From Ruditapes philippinarum (lineage: Eukaryota): a DNA stretch of 64,000 bases. Made by a program: the position numbers and the translations under genes. The stretch covers positions 496,001-560,000 of the forward strand of contig NW_026864815.1 in the NCBI RefSeq assembly GCF_026571515.1, given 5' to 3'. Below, one piece after another: positions 51,901 to 63,982 of this stretch (its first letter is position 1; the number at the start of each line of letters is the position of its first letter). Under the pieces are notes generated by a model, which was given only the letters and a program-made list of their open reading frames with translations, had not been told where the DNA came from and ran no database searches.

Positions 51901-54900
51901 CAATTAGTAACTTTTTGGAAACTTAAAAGAGGACACCAAGAATAATAAGCTTTTGAGAAATAAAAACAAAAGCATTTCTTGGGCATAAATAACCTTTAAT
52001 CAAAGAAACAAATCTTTGGAATGAAAAGCTATCGTATTATGAAGCCAAATGTGAAGCCATACTAAAATGATGAAACTATGATTTGACTATCCTGAGACAG
52101 CCTTCTATACTCTAATGTACTTATAATCTTGCTTGTAGTGTAGATAATTAATTGAACCCTCAACCTTTGAATTTTGAAAGTTGAATGACACTAGCCATGT
52201 CTGTGTAAATGGGGAGTCAAATGAACCACATGTAAAAAATAGATTCTACTTAAATATTCAGACAAAGGGACTTCATGTACTCTATTACAGTTTGTAAATG
52301 AAAGATACACAGTTTGAGTTGATACACATGTAGATATGATGTTGTTTTTTTTTTCTACATATTTAGATGCTGCACGTTATTGTAGTCAACAGAAGTCATG
52401 TGGTTCCTGTCTGTCAACAGCATATGACTGTAAATGGTGCTCTAACAACTGTACCTCTTCATGCTCACCCACTGAAAAGGTAGCTTTATCTTTTTAGGGT
52501 TTTGGGGGGAGAGGGGGGTGGGTGTGCATAATTATATGAAAATCAAGAATATTACAAAATTTATTTGTAGGGAGGTATGTGGCTGAGTGTTTAAGGTCTT
52601 TGACTTCTAACCACTAGCCCGCCACCACTAAGGGTTTGAATCTTGACAGGGACTTTGGATTCTTTCATGTCAGGAAGCTAACCTTCTAGCTTAAAGAACA
52701 TTGTTGGTTGTACTGATTGGTTGTACTGAGGTGTCTGTTTGTGTCTGAAATAATACCTGGACGAGCACCTGAGGTCTTCCTCCACCAGTAAAGCTTAAAG
52801 TTGCCATATGTCCTATACCTTGTTCGTGCGATGTGAAAACCAAACCCAACCAAAAAAAAAAATCAAAATTTTTGGAAATTATTATAGAGAAGAAAATAAT
52901 CTGATGTTTTGATGCCTCTGCATTGATTTATAGATTGGGGATGCTTTTGATTGGTAGAGCAGGGATTTACAGATATTTACACAATTCAAAAAAATTTTTA
53001 TAAACTTATTATTAATATATAAGGACTGAGAGGCATTTTTTGCATTTATTTAACATGAAATATGCTATTTGGTATTAAAACAAAGGCAGTGCTAAAACAT
53101 AAAGCTATATCAAAAAAACTACCTAACTTAACAGTATACCTGTTTAACTGCAGATTAGAAATTACTGTTTTTAAACATTTAAAGGTGCAGTAAGCCTCAA
53201 AATGGAATATATATTGTAGCTTGACTATTCAGAGTGTAGGGAGAGCTATTGTACTCACACCATTTGTCAGTGTTGACTTCGGTACAAAATACTAAATCAC
53301 TATAACTGAACTTATTGCCAAAAAGTAAAAGAAGAAGAAGAAAAAATGGTTTGGCTTTATGGCCAATAAGTTTTTAAAAGCTGTAACAGGACACCAATTT
53401 ATCAAAGACCTTTTTTAAAAATATAGAAAATATCATTATGAATTTTAAGAGCAAAATGGTTGTTCTGTTTTCAGTATAAAGTGACAGATGTTCAAGATTG
53501 TCCACTCAAGTACAACTCTATATGTAACAAGTTAAACAACTGCCATGCTTGTTTAGAACATGATGAATGTGTCTGGAACAAGGGAGAGAAATTATGCAGC
53601 TTCAGTCAGCAAGGACAGGATGCCATTCATGGTACAGTGGACTTTTATTGGCCTTTAAAATAGTCTGCAGGTAGCAGCTGAATCTACCTATATAATTAGT
53701 GCTGACCATAATTCAGCCACCACATTTGTGCCGTCCTATCTTGGTCTACACTGTTGGCTGTTCAGTCAGTAGATTTTTTATGCTCCCCGAAAAATTTCGG
53801 GGGAGCATATAGTCAGCGCCTTGTCCGTCTGTCTGTCTGTCCGCACTCACAGGACAGTAATTATATGGCTAGAGGGACAATAGGTAACTGTTCTTTCTCC
53901 TTGATGTCATTCATTCTGTAATGCTTTTATGTGGCTATTTTCTTTTGTGTCGCTAAAAAGAACAATAGAGAGAACAATAGAGTAGCCACATAATTACTCT
54001 CCTGTTAGAACGTCCGTCCGTCTGTTGTATTGTCCGGAGCATAACTTGAAAACCCTTGGAGATAATTTGTTTAAACTTCATACAGTGGTAGAGGGCATTG
54101 AGAGGGAGTGCAGTGTCAAAGAACCATAACTCTATTTTGCCTGGTTTTTTAATTATCTCCCCTTGTAGAAAAATCTTGTCCAGTTCATTGCTGTAAAACT
54201 GTAAGAGATATCAACATGAAACTTTGTAGGTAGATATATCTCAATAGGTAGATATGCAATGCAAAAGAATCATAACTCTGCTTTGCCTAATTCTGGAGTT
54301 ATTGCCCTTTGTTTATTTCTACTTTTTGAAGTTGTCTGGGACATAACTCGGAAATCATAAGAGATATCAACAAGAAACTTTGTAGGTTGATAGATCACAT
54401 TGATTAGAAGTGCAGTGCAAAGAACAGTAACTCTGCCTTGCCTAATTTTGGAATTATTGCACTTTGAACTCTTTCCAGGGACATAACTCTGAAACTACAA
54501 GAGGTGTACTTTCCTGTGTCCAAAACCTATTCGGGGAGCATCACCCGGCTTAAACCGGGCTCTTGTTGTATTTTTTCCCTAAAATTTGTGAATTGTTTTT
54601 ATCCAGGTTGAAAAGTGGGCAAGTCTGTTGAAGATATTTAGTGTAGTAAGGGTTAAATGTATCATGGTCATTTAAATACAAAAAATATATTTATACAGTT
54701 GTTGAATTTTAAAATTCAATTGTAAGTACTGCATTTTTTATTAAAAATGCGTTAAATTAATCAGTGTTTCAAAGGTATTGATTTTATCTTAAAGGTTTTT
54801 TAACGTTGAAAGCTGTAAAATATCATTAAAGCTCGGTTCACTCAGAACATTGCTATGTATCAATAAGAACATTTTACTGAAAATTTTACTGGGTGCATTG

Positions 54901-57900
54901 CTTAGTAGTTGAGTTTACAGTACATTCATGTAATTATGTGAGGGGATTGGTGGCCTAGTGGTTAAAGTATGTGCATCTCAATCCAAAATTGATGGGTCTG
55001 AGCCCTACTGGTTAGTTCCAGGAAACAGACTCAAAGTGATTAATATAGTTTGCAAGATTTTGTTTTTCAATCAAGCTTATATGAATAATTTATATATGTT
55101 TAAATTAACTTGACAGTCTTGTGATCAACTTCTATATGTACAAATGATTTATATTTCTTGTTTTTATAGACAAAGATAGTGGACAGGATACCAAGAAAGA
55201 GATGTGCGATACTCCATGTTATCTTCATTCATCGTGTGAGAATTGTACCCACAATGCCTGCATGTGGTGTGGCTCGCAGCAGCGATGTGTTGAGACCAAT
55301 TCTTACGTTGCATCATTCTTGTACGGCCAATGTCAAGAGTGGGTTACTGATAATAAAAAATGCCATGGTATGTTGATCAGAAGGTCACTTTTTAGCTCAC
55401 CTGTCACAAAGTGACAGGGTGAGCTTTTGTGATCGCTTTTCGTCCGGCATCCGTCCGTAAACTTTTACTTTAAATGACATCTCCTCATAAACCACTAAGC
55501 CAATTTCATCCAATCTTCACAGGAATGTTCCTTTGGTGGTCACCTTTAAGAATTGTTCAAAGAATTTAATTTCTTGCAGAACTCTGGTTGCCATGGCAAC
55601 CAAAAGAAAAAACTTTAAATATCTTCTTTTAAAAAACCCAAAGAGCTAGAGCTTAGATATTTGGCATGAAACATCTTCTAGTGAGTGTCTACCAAGTTTG
55701 TTCAAATAAAAGCCCTGGGGTCAAAATTGGCCCCGCCCCAGGGGGTCATTGATTTTCCCTATATGCATATAGTAAAAACTTAAAAAATCTTCTTTTAAAG
55801 AACCCAACTTAAAAAATCTTCTTTTAAAGAACCCATAGAGCTAGAGCTAAGATATTTAGCATGAAACATCTTCTAATGGGTGTCTACCAAGTTTGTTCAA
55901 ATAAAAGCCCTGGGGTCAAAATTGGCCCCGCCCCAGGGGGTCATTGATTTTCCCTATATGCATATAGTAAAAACTTAAAAATCTTCTTTTAAAGAACCCA
56001 AAGAGCTAGAGCTAAGATATTTAGCATGAAACATGTTCTAATGGGTGTCTACAAAGTTTGTTCAAATAAAAGCCCTGGGGTCAAAATTGGCCCTGCCCCG
56101 GGGGTCATTGATTTTTCTTATATGTGTATAGCAAAAACTTAAAAAATCTTTTTTGAAAAAACCCATATAGCTAGAGTTTAGATATTAAGCATGAAACATC
56201 TACTAGTGAGTGTCTACAAAGTTTGTTCAAATAAAAGCCCTGGGGTCAAAATTGGCCCGGCCCGAGGGGGTCATTGATTTTCTCTATATGCATATAGTAA
56301 AAACTTAAAAAATCTTCTTTTAAAGAACCCAATGAGCTAGAGCTAAGATATTTAGCATGAAACATGTTCTAATGAGTGTCTTCCAAGTTTGTTTAAATAA
56401 AAGCCCTGGGGTCAAAATTGGCCCCGCCCCGGGGGTCATTGATTTTCCTTATATGTGTATAGCAAAAACTTTAAAAAATCTTCTTTGAAAAAACCCATAT
56501 AGCTAGAGTTTAGATATTAAGCATGAAACATCTTCTAGTGAGTGTCTACAAAGTTTGTTCAAATAAAAGCCCTGGGGTCAAAATTGGCCTTAGGGGGTCA
56601 TTGTATTTCCCTATATGCATATAGTAAAAACTTAAAAATCTTCTTTTAAAGAACCCAAAGAGCTAGAGCTAAGATATTTAGCATGAAACATGTTCTAATG
56701 GGTGTCTACAAAGTTTGTTCAAATTAAAGCTCTGGGGTCAAAATTGGCCCCGCCCCGGAGGTCATTGATTTTCCTTATATGTGTATAGCAAAAACTAAAA
56801 AAATCCTCTTTGAAAAAACCCAAAGAGCTAGAGTTTAGATATTAAGCATGAAACATCTTCTAGTGAGTGTCTACCAAGTTTGTTCAAATAAAAGCCCTGG
56901 GGTCAAAATTGGCCCCGCCCTAGGGGGTCATTGATTTTCCCTATATGCATATAGTAAAAACTTAAAAAATCTTCTTTTAAAGAACCCAAAGAGCTAGAGC
57001 TAAGATATTTAGCATGAAACATGTTCTAATGGGTGTCTATAAAAGTTTGTTCAAATAAAAGCCCTGGGGTCAAAATTGGCCCCGCCCCGGGGGTCATTGA
57101 TTTTCCTTATATGTGTATGGCAAAAACTTAAAATCCTCTTTGAAAAAACCCAAATAGCTAGAGTTTAGATATTAAGAATGAAACATCTTCTAGTAAGTGT
57201 CTACAAAGTTTGTTCAAATAAAAGCCCTGGGGTTAAAACTGGCCCGCCCCAGAGGTGTCATTGTTTTTAACTATATGTGTATAGTAAAAACTTAAAAAAT
57301 CTTCTTTTTAAAAAAACCCAATGAGCTAGAGGTTAGATTTTTAAGCAGCAAACATCTTTTTGTTGGTGTCTACCAAGTTTGTCCAAATAAAAGCCCTTGG
57401 GTTTAAATTGGCCCTGCCAAAGGGGGGGGGGAGGTCATTGTTTTTCATTATATGTGTGTAGTAAAAACTTAACATCATGAACCATCTTCTAATGGGTGTC
57501 TTCCAAGTTTGCTCAAATAAAAGCCCTGGGGTTTAAACTGGCCCCACTCCGGGGGCCTATATACAGGTGAGCGACCTCAGGGCCATCATGGCCCTCTTGT
57601 TTGTTTAAAATTTTTAGTTCAGTCATTTGAAGAATAGAGCCCAGCTAGCTTTCACATCCGTAAAGTCTGACCAGACTCTATACTGTAGGTTGTGTTAAAT
57701 TAAATTAAATTAATATCTACGATGACTTAAATAAGTATAGTGGTGATCTGAGCGACACAGTTATGTTTTTGTCAGAACACTAAAATACACCAGCATATAA
57801 CCACAAGGAATATTTGCTGACTGACAACATTTTTCAGAACATTTTACTACAAATTTTGTTATTCAAACAATACGATTTTCATCCTACTTACACTTTTACC

Positions 57901-60900
57901 ATTATGTATTTGTATAGTGCAGTATAGTATCAGAAATGGCAATGCAGAAATGCAATTAGGCCTTCAGTGCTGTTGTACTTCTTAAATATGTAAGAGTCTT
58001 GACAATAAAATAACTAGTGCTAAGTTTGTTCATTTTTTGTTACACTTTCAGCAACAAGATGTTCAGATCTCTACACATGTGAAGATTGTAAGTCTAATCC
58101 AGCATGTGGCTGGTGTAATGACGCCAGTAACACGGGTCTAGGCAAGTGTGTTCGAGGGGCGGCATCTGGGCCCGTATCTAAGGACAATACTACACAAAAA
58201 TATCAAGTGGACATGTCTATATGTCCTGCTGATAGATGGCATTTTATCAAATGTCCATGTAAGTATTTTAAAAAAATTATGTGACATTAAAGTGACATAA
58301 GGCTCATTTTTTGCTGTCAAGAATAGCCGAATTAGCAATATATTTCAAAAGATTGGCTATTATAATGGTGTCTGACCGATAAATAATTGATCATGAAAAA
58401 TGTTTATGATACAATATAAAAACTACCTAATTTACAAAAAGACTGCCCTACTCTTTTTAAGGATTGAGCATTACTTATACATCCTAGACAAACCGTTAAC
58501 GTTGTCGACTTCACACCACTTAACTCCTCACTTTTGTATGTTAGAATCTCATCTGTAACTTTTGATTTTTTTTATGTGAGGAAGCTATCCAGCTAGCTTA
58601 CAGGGCAGGATAGTGACACTACTCATGTGTCTGTTTATGTCTAAAATGCATTAATAGGCATGTGAGGTCTTCCTTTACTTATAAAGCAAGAAAATCACCA
58701 TATGACCTTCAGTGTGCCAATGTGTCTTTAAAACCTAATAAAGGAGCAGAAATTTTAAAGGGTGAAGGGAAATACTCATTTATATTCTAATCTTGTTTTA
58801 ATACCAACAAATTTTCAGTATGTCAATGTAATGGACACAGTACATGCCAGGTCTTGCCAAACAAATGTGATGCATGTCAGAATCTGACAGAAGGGGAACA
58901 CTGTGACATTTGTAAGGAAGGTTTCTATGGTAACCCAAAAAATGGCGGCAACTGTACAGGTAATGAGAACTCTGTTTTGTATTACGATTAACTAGACAAA
59001 GTAGATCAGTTGATTTTATTTCTACTAAATGCTTAAATTTCAATTTATTGTGTGAAGGTAAGGCCATTTTCAAGCAAACTTTGTCTACAGTTTCTAGTTG
59101 TTTGTCTACTTTAGTTAAACTTAAAAGTTATAAAAGTTATTTAAATGATTTTATGTGAAGTGAAAGAAATTTAGAAACAATTAATATATACGCTTACAAT
59201 AATAATTGTTTAATGCAAGCCATGAACTTTAATTAGTTAATGCATACCATACTAATTATATAAGCCTGTCTTTTAAGATTCTCAAAAGAGCATGTATTAT
59301 ATTAGGGAATTTTTTTAAATATATACTGAATGAATAGCCAACAGTATAGACCATGATCTGATGGCACATGCACATTCTTGCATACTGACCATTTTGGACC
59401 AGTTGACAGGGGCTTTTTGGTTTGAGTCTTTTTTAGGTGAAGTAAATGTTGACTGGTTAGTTTACGGAAGCAGACTAGACTGTGTTGCAAGAATTTATTT
59501 AATAATCAAGTTAAAAAATATGTTAAAACTTAACTGGACTTGATTTTGGCATTTAAATTTTCAAATTGTGTTCATTAAGGGCGTAGGTAATTGCAATTAA
59601 GGACTATTTCATACTTGTAGAACTTTATGTGTGATAAAATTATTTGAATGTTTAACAAATGTTTTTTTTATGTACAGCATGTAGTTGTAATGGTCAGGCT
59701 GACTCATGTAACCGAGAATCAGGATCTTGTTTCTGTCGTACACGTGGTGTGAAAGGAGACCACTGTAATATGTAAGTTAAACATTTTTAACTCTTACCAC
59801 ACTAAATATGTTACCCATACCATGCTGGAACCAAAAGCAATAAGCCTTTTCCACCAGTATAGGGCCAGGCCAGCCTGTACTTCCGTGAAGTCTGATCTGA
59901 CTATACTGTTGACTGACACACTAAATATGTTGATCCTAAAAAGTAAAAATTGATAATAATTAGTTTAAAAAAGTTAAAGAAGGTTTAGGGTTAAAGTGAC
60001 ATGCTCATTTAAGGGCATATAGCTAGTGAACAGGTGAAAGTCAAAATAAGTGTTGTTTTACCATAAATCCATTTACCTGTAACATTCAGTTTATAAAAAG
60101 AGTGACGCAGTCTAGGAGTAGATTTTATCTTAAATATTTCTCACTATCAACTTTTGGTTAGTCACCATTATAACAGTCAAAGCTTTTGAATTTTTTAGTC
60201 AATTCAGCTCAACTTGACAATAATGTCATTTTAAATCTTGTATAAATATTGTTAAAACCATGTATCATTTTAGGGAAAATTTTAAAATTTGTTCTTGCTG
60301 AATAGCAAACAGTGCAGACCATGATCAGATGGTTAGGAAGTGATGCTGTCATTAACTTTCAATTAACAATATATTCATGTGGTTTTATGATTTATTCAGT
60401 GTCTAATATTTCGTAAAAAAAAATCATAGTTTGGAAAGTTTAATTTTACTCTTTCTTATTTTATGGCATTTAGGGAAACTGTTTCATTTTAATTTGAATG
60501 ATCACTTTGGTGACAGATACAAAACTTGCAGATACCTTCCTTTAACTCAGTTTATTCAAAAAGTTCAGAAGTGATCAAAGTAATTTTGTAACTGAAAAAA
60601 AATCTTGTAACAAACTCTTGTAAGGTATTCCCTTCATTTAAAATGTAAAAGTTGTTATTAATGAATTTTCTTTTCTCTTTTCTAGATGTGACTTTCAAAA
60701 TAATTATTTTGGCAACCCTAATGATGGAGGCACATGCTATTGTAAGTATTTTGTAACTTAACCTAACTTTAAATATATATGATACTGTATTTAATCATAT
60801 ATATAAATTATATGTAACTTAGAACTTTGCTGCAGAGCTAGACTTTATGTTAAAATCTGATTTTGACATATCCGGTTCATGTCCAATTTATATGAAGCAT

Positions 60901-63900
60901 TTCTCTTAACTTCTGTACATGATAATAAAGTAAAATGCACAATGTATTGGTAAAAACTCACTTCTCTGTACTAGCTGTAGAACAACCTGTGCAATAACAT
61001 TATATGGGCACTTGATTTTGCAGTCCCTAGGGCATTATCTTATAACATTTTCATGTTTCATTCTGATTACTGAAAAATATAATCACAATGAGCTGTATGA
61101 AGGAAAACAGATTGTGGTTAAAAATTTACTTCCACCTAGAGTATACTGTTTTAAAATTTCAGTCTACACTTTGTATCACTCATAAGGGGTATAAAATAGG
61201 AATTTTATTCTGTCAGTATGTAATTGTTGGTATGTTAATTGTTTTTATGTTTTTTTTGTAGATGATTTGAGGACAGATTATCAGTTTACATTCAACCTGT
61301 CTAAACCAGAGGATGGACACTATACAGGGATTAATTTCATGAACATACCTGTGGCTGTAAGTTAAATATATCTATATATTACTGGTTGGTTTCAAAGGAT
61401 GCTGCCCTTGAATTTTTTATGTCCCTGGACATAATAGATTGGGAGGTCATATTGTGTCAGATTCTGTCTCTTTGTTACAAAACTTAAATTTTGACCCTGA
61501 AAGTGCTTCCATTTTGCAGCCTCCAAACTAAATAGGTGCATGTACCTTCATGAGCTCTAATCACTAGACCCACTTTGAGTTCAAGGTCACCAGAGTTAAG
61601 ATTCCAGAGTAAAGATCCTCCACCCCTTGGGGAGCATGTGAAATCACTTTTAGTGACTGGCATGAAAAAGAGGCTGCTTTGAAATATGGAGCATGTCCTT
61701 GACCTTGTCAAATTTTCTCTAAAATGATGTGGGATATGTGTTTTATTGTCTACTTTCATTTTATATTCAATTTTATTTAAACATTTTCAGCGTTATTAAA
61801 GTTCTTTTAATTACTTATTAATTGCATCTCTCTTCTCAGAATGACAGAGATGTAGACTTTACTCTTAACTGTTCAGTGGAGGCCTATATTAACATAACCT
61901 GGAAATCTAGTAAGTTCATTCTTTATTATATTAATAAGTAAATGTTCTTTTCATTCTTTAATATTCAAGTAAAAGTTAAGGATATCAAGAAAGTTTCCCT
62001 AGAATTATAGTTTGTTACATGACATAATGAATTCTTTTAAACAAAATTGTCTGATGCTTTACTGGAAATAAGCTTCTTTTTTTAACAGTGTCTACATTGA
62101 AATTGTACATGAATCCACATTTGAAAATTCTAATTCATGTGTATGGCATGCTAATAAAATATATGAAAATAAAATTTTATATAAGATTTTTTTTGGAAAT
62201 GTGTTTGGCTCAATATCTACATTGCTACATAGCTACATTGGCTTTTTGAAAAATCTTGCATTTGTACAAATAAACACATTTTTTTTTTCCGCTTACAGAA
62301 TCACATCCGCAAGAACAGTACAAGACAAGAGAGTACAGATGTACCTATTTTAGGTCGAAGTTTGAACACAAAGATTATAACTTTGGACCAGATGATAATG
62401 TGACCTTCTTTGTCTATGTTTATGGATTTAAAACACCATTCTGGTTACAGGTCTGCCATTTGTGTTTTGCTTCTTTGTTTTGTTTAGTCATTGGGGTGTT
62501 TTTTAGATCATTGTAATGTTAAGAAGGTAATCTCACTAGGTTTTTAAAGTCTGTCTGCTTAGCTCAATAGGGAGAGCATCAGATTTGTTAACCAGGGGTT
62601 GTTGGTTTGATCCTTGTTTGTGATGATAGGTGCACTTATGGAAAAATTTTATGAAACGAAAATGTCGCCTTCAAGAATGTTGGGGTCTTTTTATAATAAA
62701 GGGCACACATGTACTAAATGTTTTATCCTCTAGCAGTCTACCAGTACTAATGCAGAATTATCTGACTGCAGACCCTTAGTGTAGGGAAACACAATAGTGA
62801 AAAAGAAGTCCAAACATTATTTGCTTAACTACATGTAGGTTGAATACTATCAAAGGTGACTAGTTATCCCTTATTTTACCATGAAAATGTTATTTTGCAG
62901 TGTTCAATATTGCATATTGTTGAATAACTTATGTGGTTTTCAAACTCGGTGAGAAAATAATTATATGCTGTGATCAATTAAACATTTATATTACAAATTG
63001 AATAATGATATTTGCAAGAAACATTCTGTATTACGATGGTTAGGAAACTACCTGCATATATGACTGAAATACTGTTGGGAAAAGGCAAAAAATAAAACAA
63101 ACAAACAAACTTGAAAAGTAAATGTAACATTCTTTTGTTATTTCCAGATCTCATTTTCACAGTTCCCAAAGATTGACCTTGTGCACTTCTTTGTTACATT
63201 CTTCAGGTATGGTGACATTTTGTAACTGTCTGTTATCAATTGTGTTGATATCAAGATGGAAATTAAAGTTTATTAGCCAAAATTACAAAACCTTGACACA
63301 TGTGCTGGTTTGCCTAGCTTTATACACTTGACAAAGGCTAGTTACTTTGCACTCCAACTGGTACAGGGTTAAATCGTGCAAGAGGATAAGTGGGGAGTCT
63401 GTAGCCGAGTGGTTAAGGTCGTTGACTTCAAACTACTTGCTTCTCATCACTGTGGGTTCAAATCCTGACAGGGACTTCCATGTGAGGAAGCTTTCAAGCT
63501 ATCTTGCAGAACATTGAAGGTTCTACTTAGGCACCCGTTCGTGCCTGAAATAATGCTTGGAAGAACATCTGAGGTCTTCCTCCACCAGTAAAGCTTGAAA
63601 GTCGCCATATGTCCTTTACTGTGTTGGTGCGATGTAAAACACAACCAAAACTAATTAAAAAAAGGTGTCATATTTAGCTAACTTACAGAAGATTGATGAT
63701 CGCCTGCACCTGAATAAGTAAACTGAGGGCACTTTGTGCTTTCCTCTATAACACTTGAAAAAATTTGGCTAGAAATCTGCCTTACATCTTAATAGAACAA
63801 ATTTATGTGACTTAGTAAAAGTTAAAAACAACAGTATGCTTTTCTATCAGAAATTTTGTGTTATAATCAATAATAAGCTACATACAAAAAAATCTGTTTT

Positions 63901-63982
63901 CAGTTGTTTTCTGACATTACTGATCATAGCTGCTGTGTTGTATAAAGTGAAACACAAGTATGATAGCTACAGACGTAGACAG
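33922..63982 (+). CDS. ATRN: Attractin (ATRN/ATRNL1 co-orthologue), 3'-partial; 24 exons: 33922-34172, 36647-36847, 37723-37851, 38901-39079, 40687-40846, 42551-42644, 44788-45004, 45475-45667, 47083-47237, 48181-48265, 49838-49920, 51110-51271, 52367-52479, 53475-53631, 55170-55367, 58052-58258, 58819-58959, 59678-59771, 60686-60741, 61262-61356, 61840-61909, 62299-62450, 63148-63206, 63904-63982
   Basis: All exons splice in frame with GT-AG introns. Domain order is signal peptide, EGF, CUB (FATECGWDHLYIFDGDS; FYSDAAYNMTGF), EGF, Kelch repeats (GHTAVV, GYGHTS, YLHSAA, FGGNTHNDTS), PSI repeats, laminin-EGF (CQCNGHS), DYQFTFNLSK and TM (DLVHFFVTFFSCFLTLLIIAAVLYK), all characteristic of attractin. 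An alternative in-frame ATG lies at 33904. Confidence 0.96.
36921..37209 (+). mobile_element. Full-length main-family tRNA-derived SINE with 11-bp TSD
   Basis: A-box-like TAGCCAAGTGAG, B-box GGTTCGAATCCC, core and (CAA)n tail. TSD AATCATCATTT at 36910-36920 and 37210-37220. Confidence 0.88.
37979..38337. mobile_element. MITE with CAGTG...CACTG ends
   Basis: TIR CAGTGTTTTTTTTCAC / GTGAAAAAAAACACTG; flanking duplication ACTAA (GACTAAC if the boundaries are shifted by one base). Confidence 0.75.
42251..42443. mobile_element. MITE with CAGTG...CACTG ends and 7-bp TSD
   Basis: TIR CAGTGTCTATTGTGGGAT / ATCCTAAAATAGACACTG; CTTTAAC at 42244-42250 and 42444-42450. Confidence 0.75.
43241..44760. repeat. 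59-bp intronic minisatellite (~11 units), interrupted by an 885-bp insertion
   Basis: Unit AAAGTAAAGCAACACAGTAGTATGGTGGGGTGTCAGGGCAATAAG(TTT/CTG)CAGATAATGAT, present at 43241-43437 and 44323-44760. Confidence 0.93.
43438..44322. mobile_element. Non-autonomous DNA element, TAG...CTA ends, 9-bp TSD, subterminal 15-bp hairpin (AcademH-like)
   Basis: CACAGTAGT at 43429-43437 and 44323-44331. Perfect stem CTTCAGCGAACAGGT (44265-44279) / ACCTGTTCGCTGAAG (44296-44310). Confidence 0.7.
45703..46327. mobile_element. piggyBac-like MITE
   Basis: TTAA|CCCTTTCCCC ... GGGAAAAGG|TTAA (TTAA at 45699-45702 and 46328-46331). It accounts for the spurious ORFs at 45750 and 45776. Confidence 0.75.
46726..46960. 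mobile_element. Palindromic MITE, GAG...CTC ends, 4-bp AAAT TSD (Sola-like)
   Basis: ~105-bp inverted arms; AAAT at 46722-46725 and 46961-46964. Confidence 0.88.
47365..47540 (-). mobile_element. tRNA-derived SINE with Deu/Nin-like core (second family)
   Basis: Minus strand has a tRNA-like head (CCTCAATCGGTTAG...GAGTTCGATTCCCGGGC) followed by TTCGGAAGAGACTTTAAACCAAGGT...GCATGCTAAAGAACC, which resembles the DeuSINE/Nin domain as I recall it. Confidence 0.6.
47982..48150. repeat. ~89-bp direct tandem duplication
   Basis: AAGATGCAATAGTT...TAAAGTATATTCCTCCAACT occurs twice. Confidence 0.88.
48401..49390 (+). mobile_element. HINE/pearl-like element family C with diverged ~150-bp internal repeats
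   Basis: 5' TTATGCCCCCGCC...GGCCGGGGCATATAG, (TTCCGTCA)n tract, repeated GGTCAAGTTCGAATTT...GCAGAGTTATGCCCCT, and 3' GCGGGGCAT...TTCTAGTT. Confidence 0.8.
50001..50714. mobile_element. hAT-type MITE (714 bp)
   Basis: TIR TAGGGATGGCAACGA / TCGTTGCCATCCCTA; 8-bp TSD ATAAAAAT at 49993-50000 and 50715-50722; subterminal CGAGTACTCG repeats. Confidence 0.92.
51440..51570. mobile_element. Half copy of the Sola-like palindromic MITE
   Basis: Left arm and spacer only (GAGCCGCGTCATGACAAAACC...TAGAGAAACTG). Confidence 0.8.
52570..52862 (+). mobile_element. Main-family tRNA-derived SINE
   Basis: GTGGCTGAGTG head, CACCTGAGGTCTTCCTCCACCAGTAAAGC core and A-rich tail. Confidence 0.82.
53778..54567 (+). 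mobile_element. HINE/pearl-like element family D containing a nested ~160-bp MITE (53846..54008)
   Basis: 5' ATGCTCCCCGAAAAATTTCGGGGGAGCAT hairpin and (GTCT)n tract; 3' TCGGGGAGCAT plus hairpin CCCGGCTTAAACCGGG and CTTGTT end. Nested TIR CAGGACAGTAATTATATGGCTA / TAGCCACATAATTACTCTCCTG. Confidence 0.8.
55392..57601 (+). mobile_element. HINE family A, second copy, ~12 internal ~166-bp units
   Basis: Ends are nearly identical to 13814..15338; it starts ~25 bp into attractin intron 15. Confidence 0.9.
58495..58745 (+). mobile_element. Degenerate main-family SINE
   Basis: ATGTGAGGAAGCTATCCAGCTAGCTTAC...TGAGGTCTTCCT...CCATATGACCT. Confidence 0.7.
63392..63650 (+). mobile_element. Main-family tRNA-derived SINE
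   Basis: GTAGCCGAGTGGTTAAGG A-box, GGTTCAAATCC B-box, conserved core and tail. Confidence 0.85.

Noticed and set aside
63392-63475. tRNA genes (also ~36925, ~52570, ~54945, ~62555)
   Set aside because: Degenerate cloverleaves. Most continue directly into SINE bodies, so they are SINE heads or remnants.
33922-63982. Minor (U12) or non-canonical introns in attractin
   Set aside because: All 23 complete introns are GT-AG, and none has the GTATCCTT/ATATCCTT donor.
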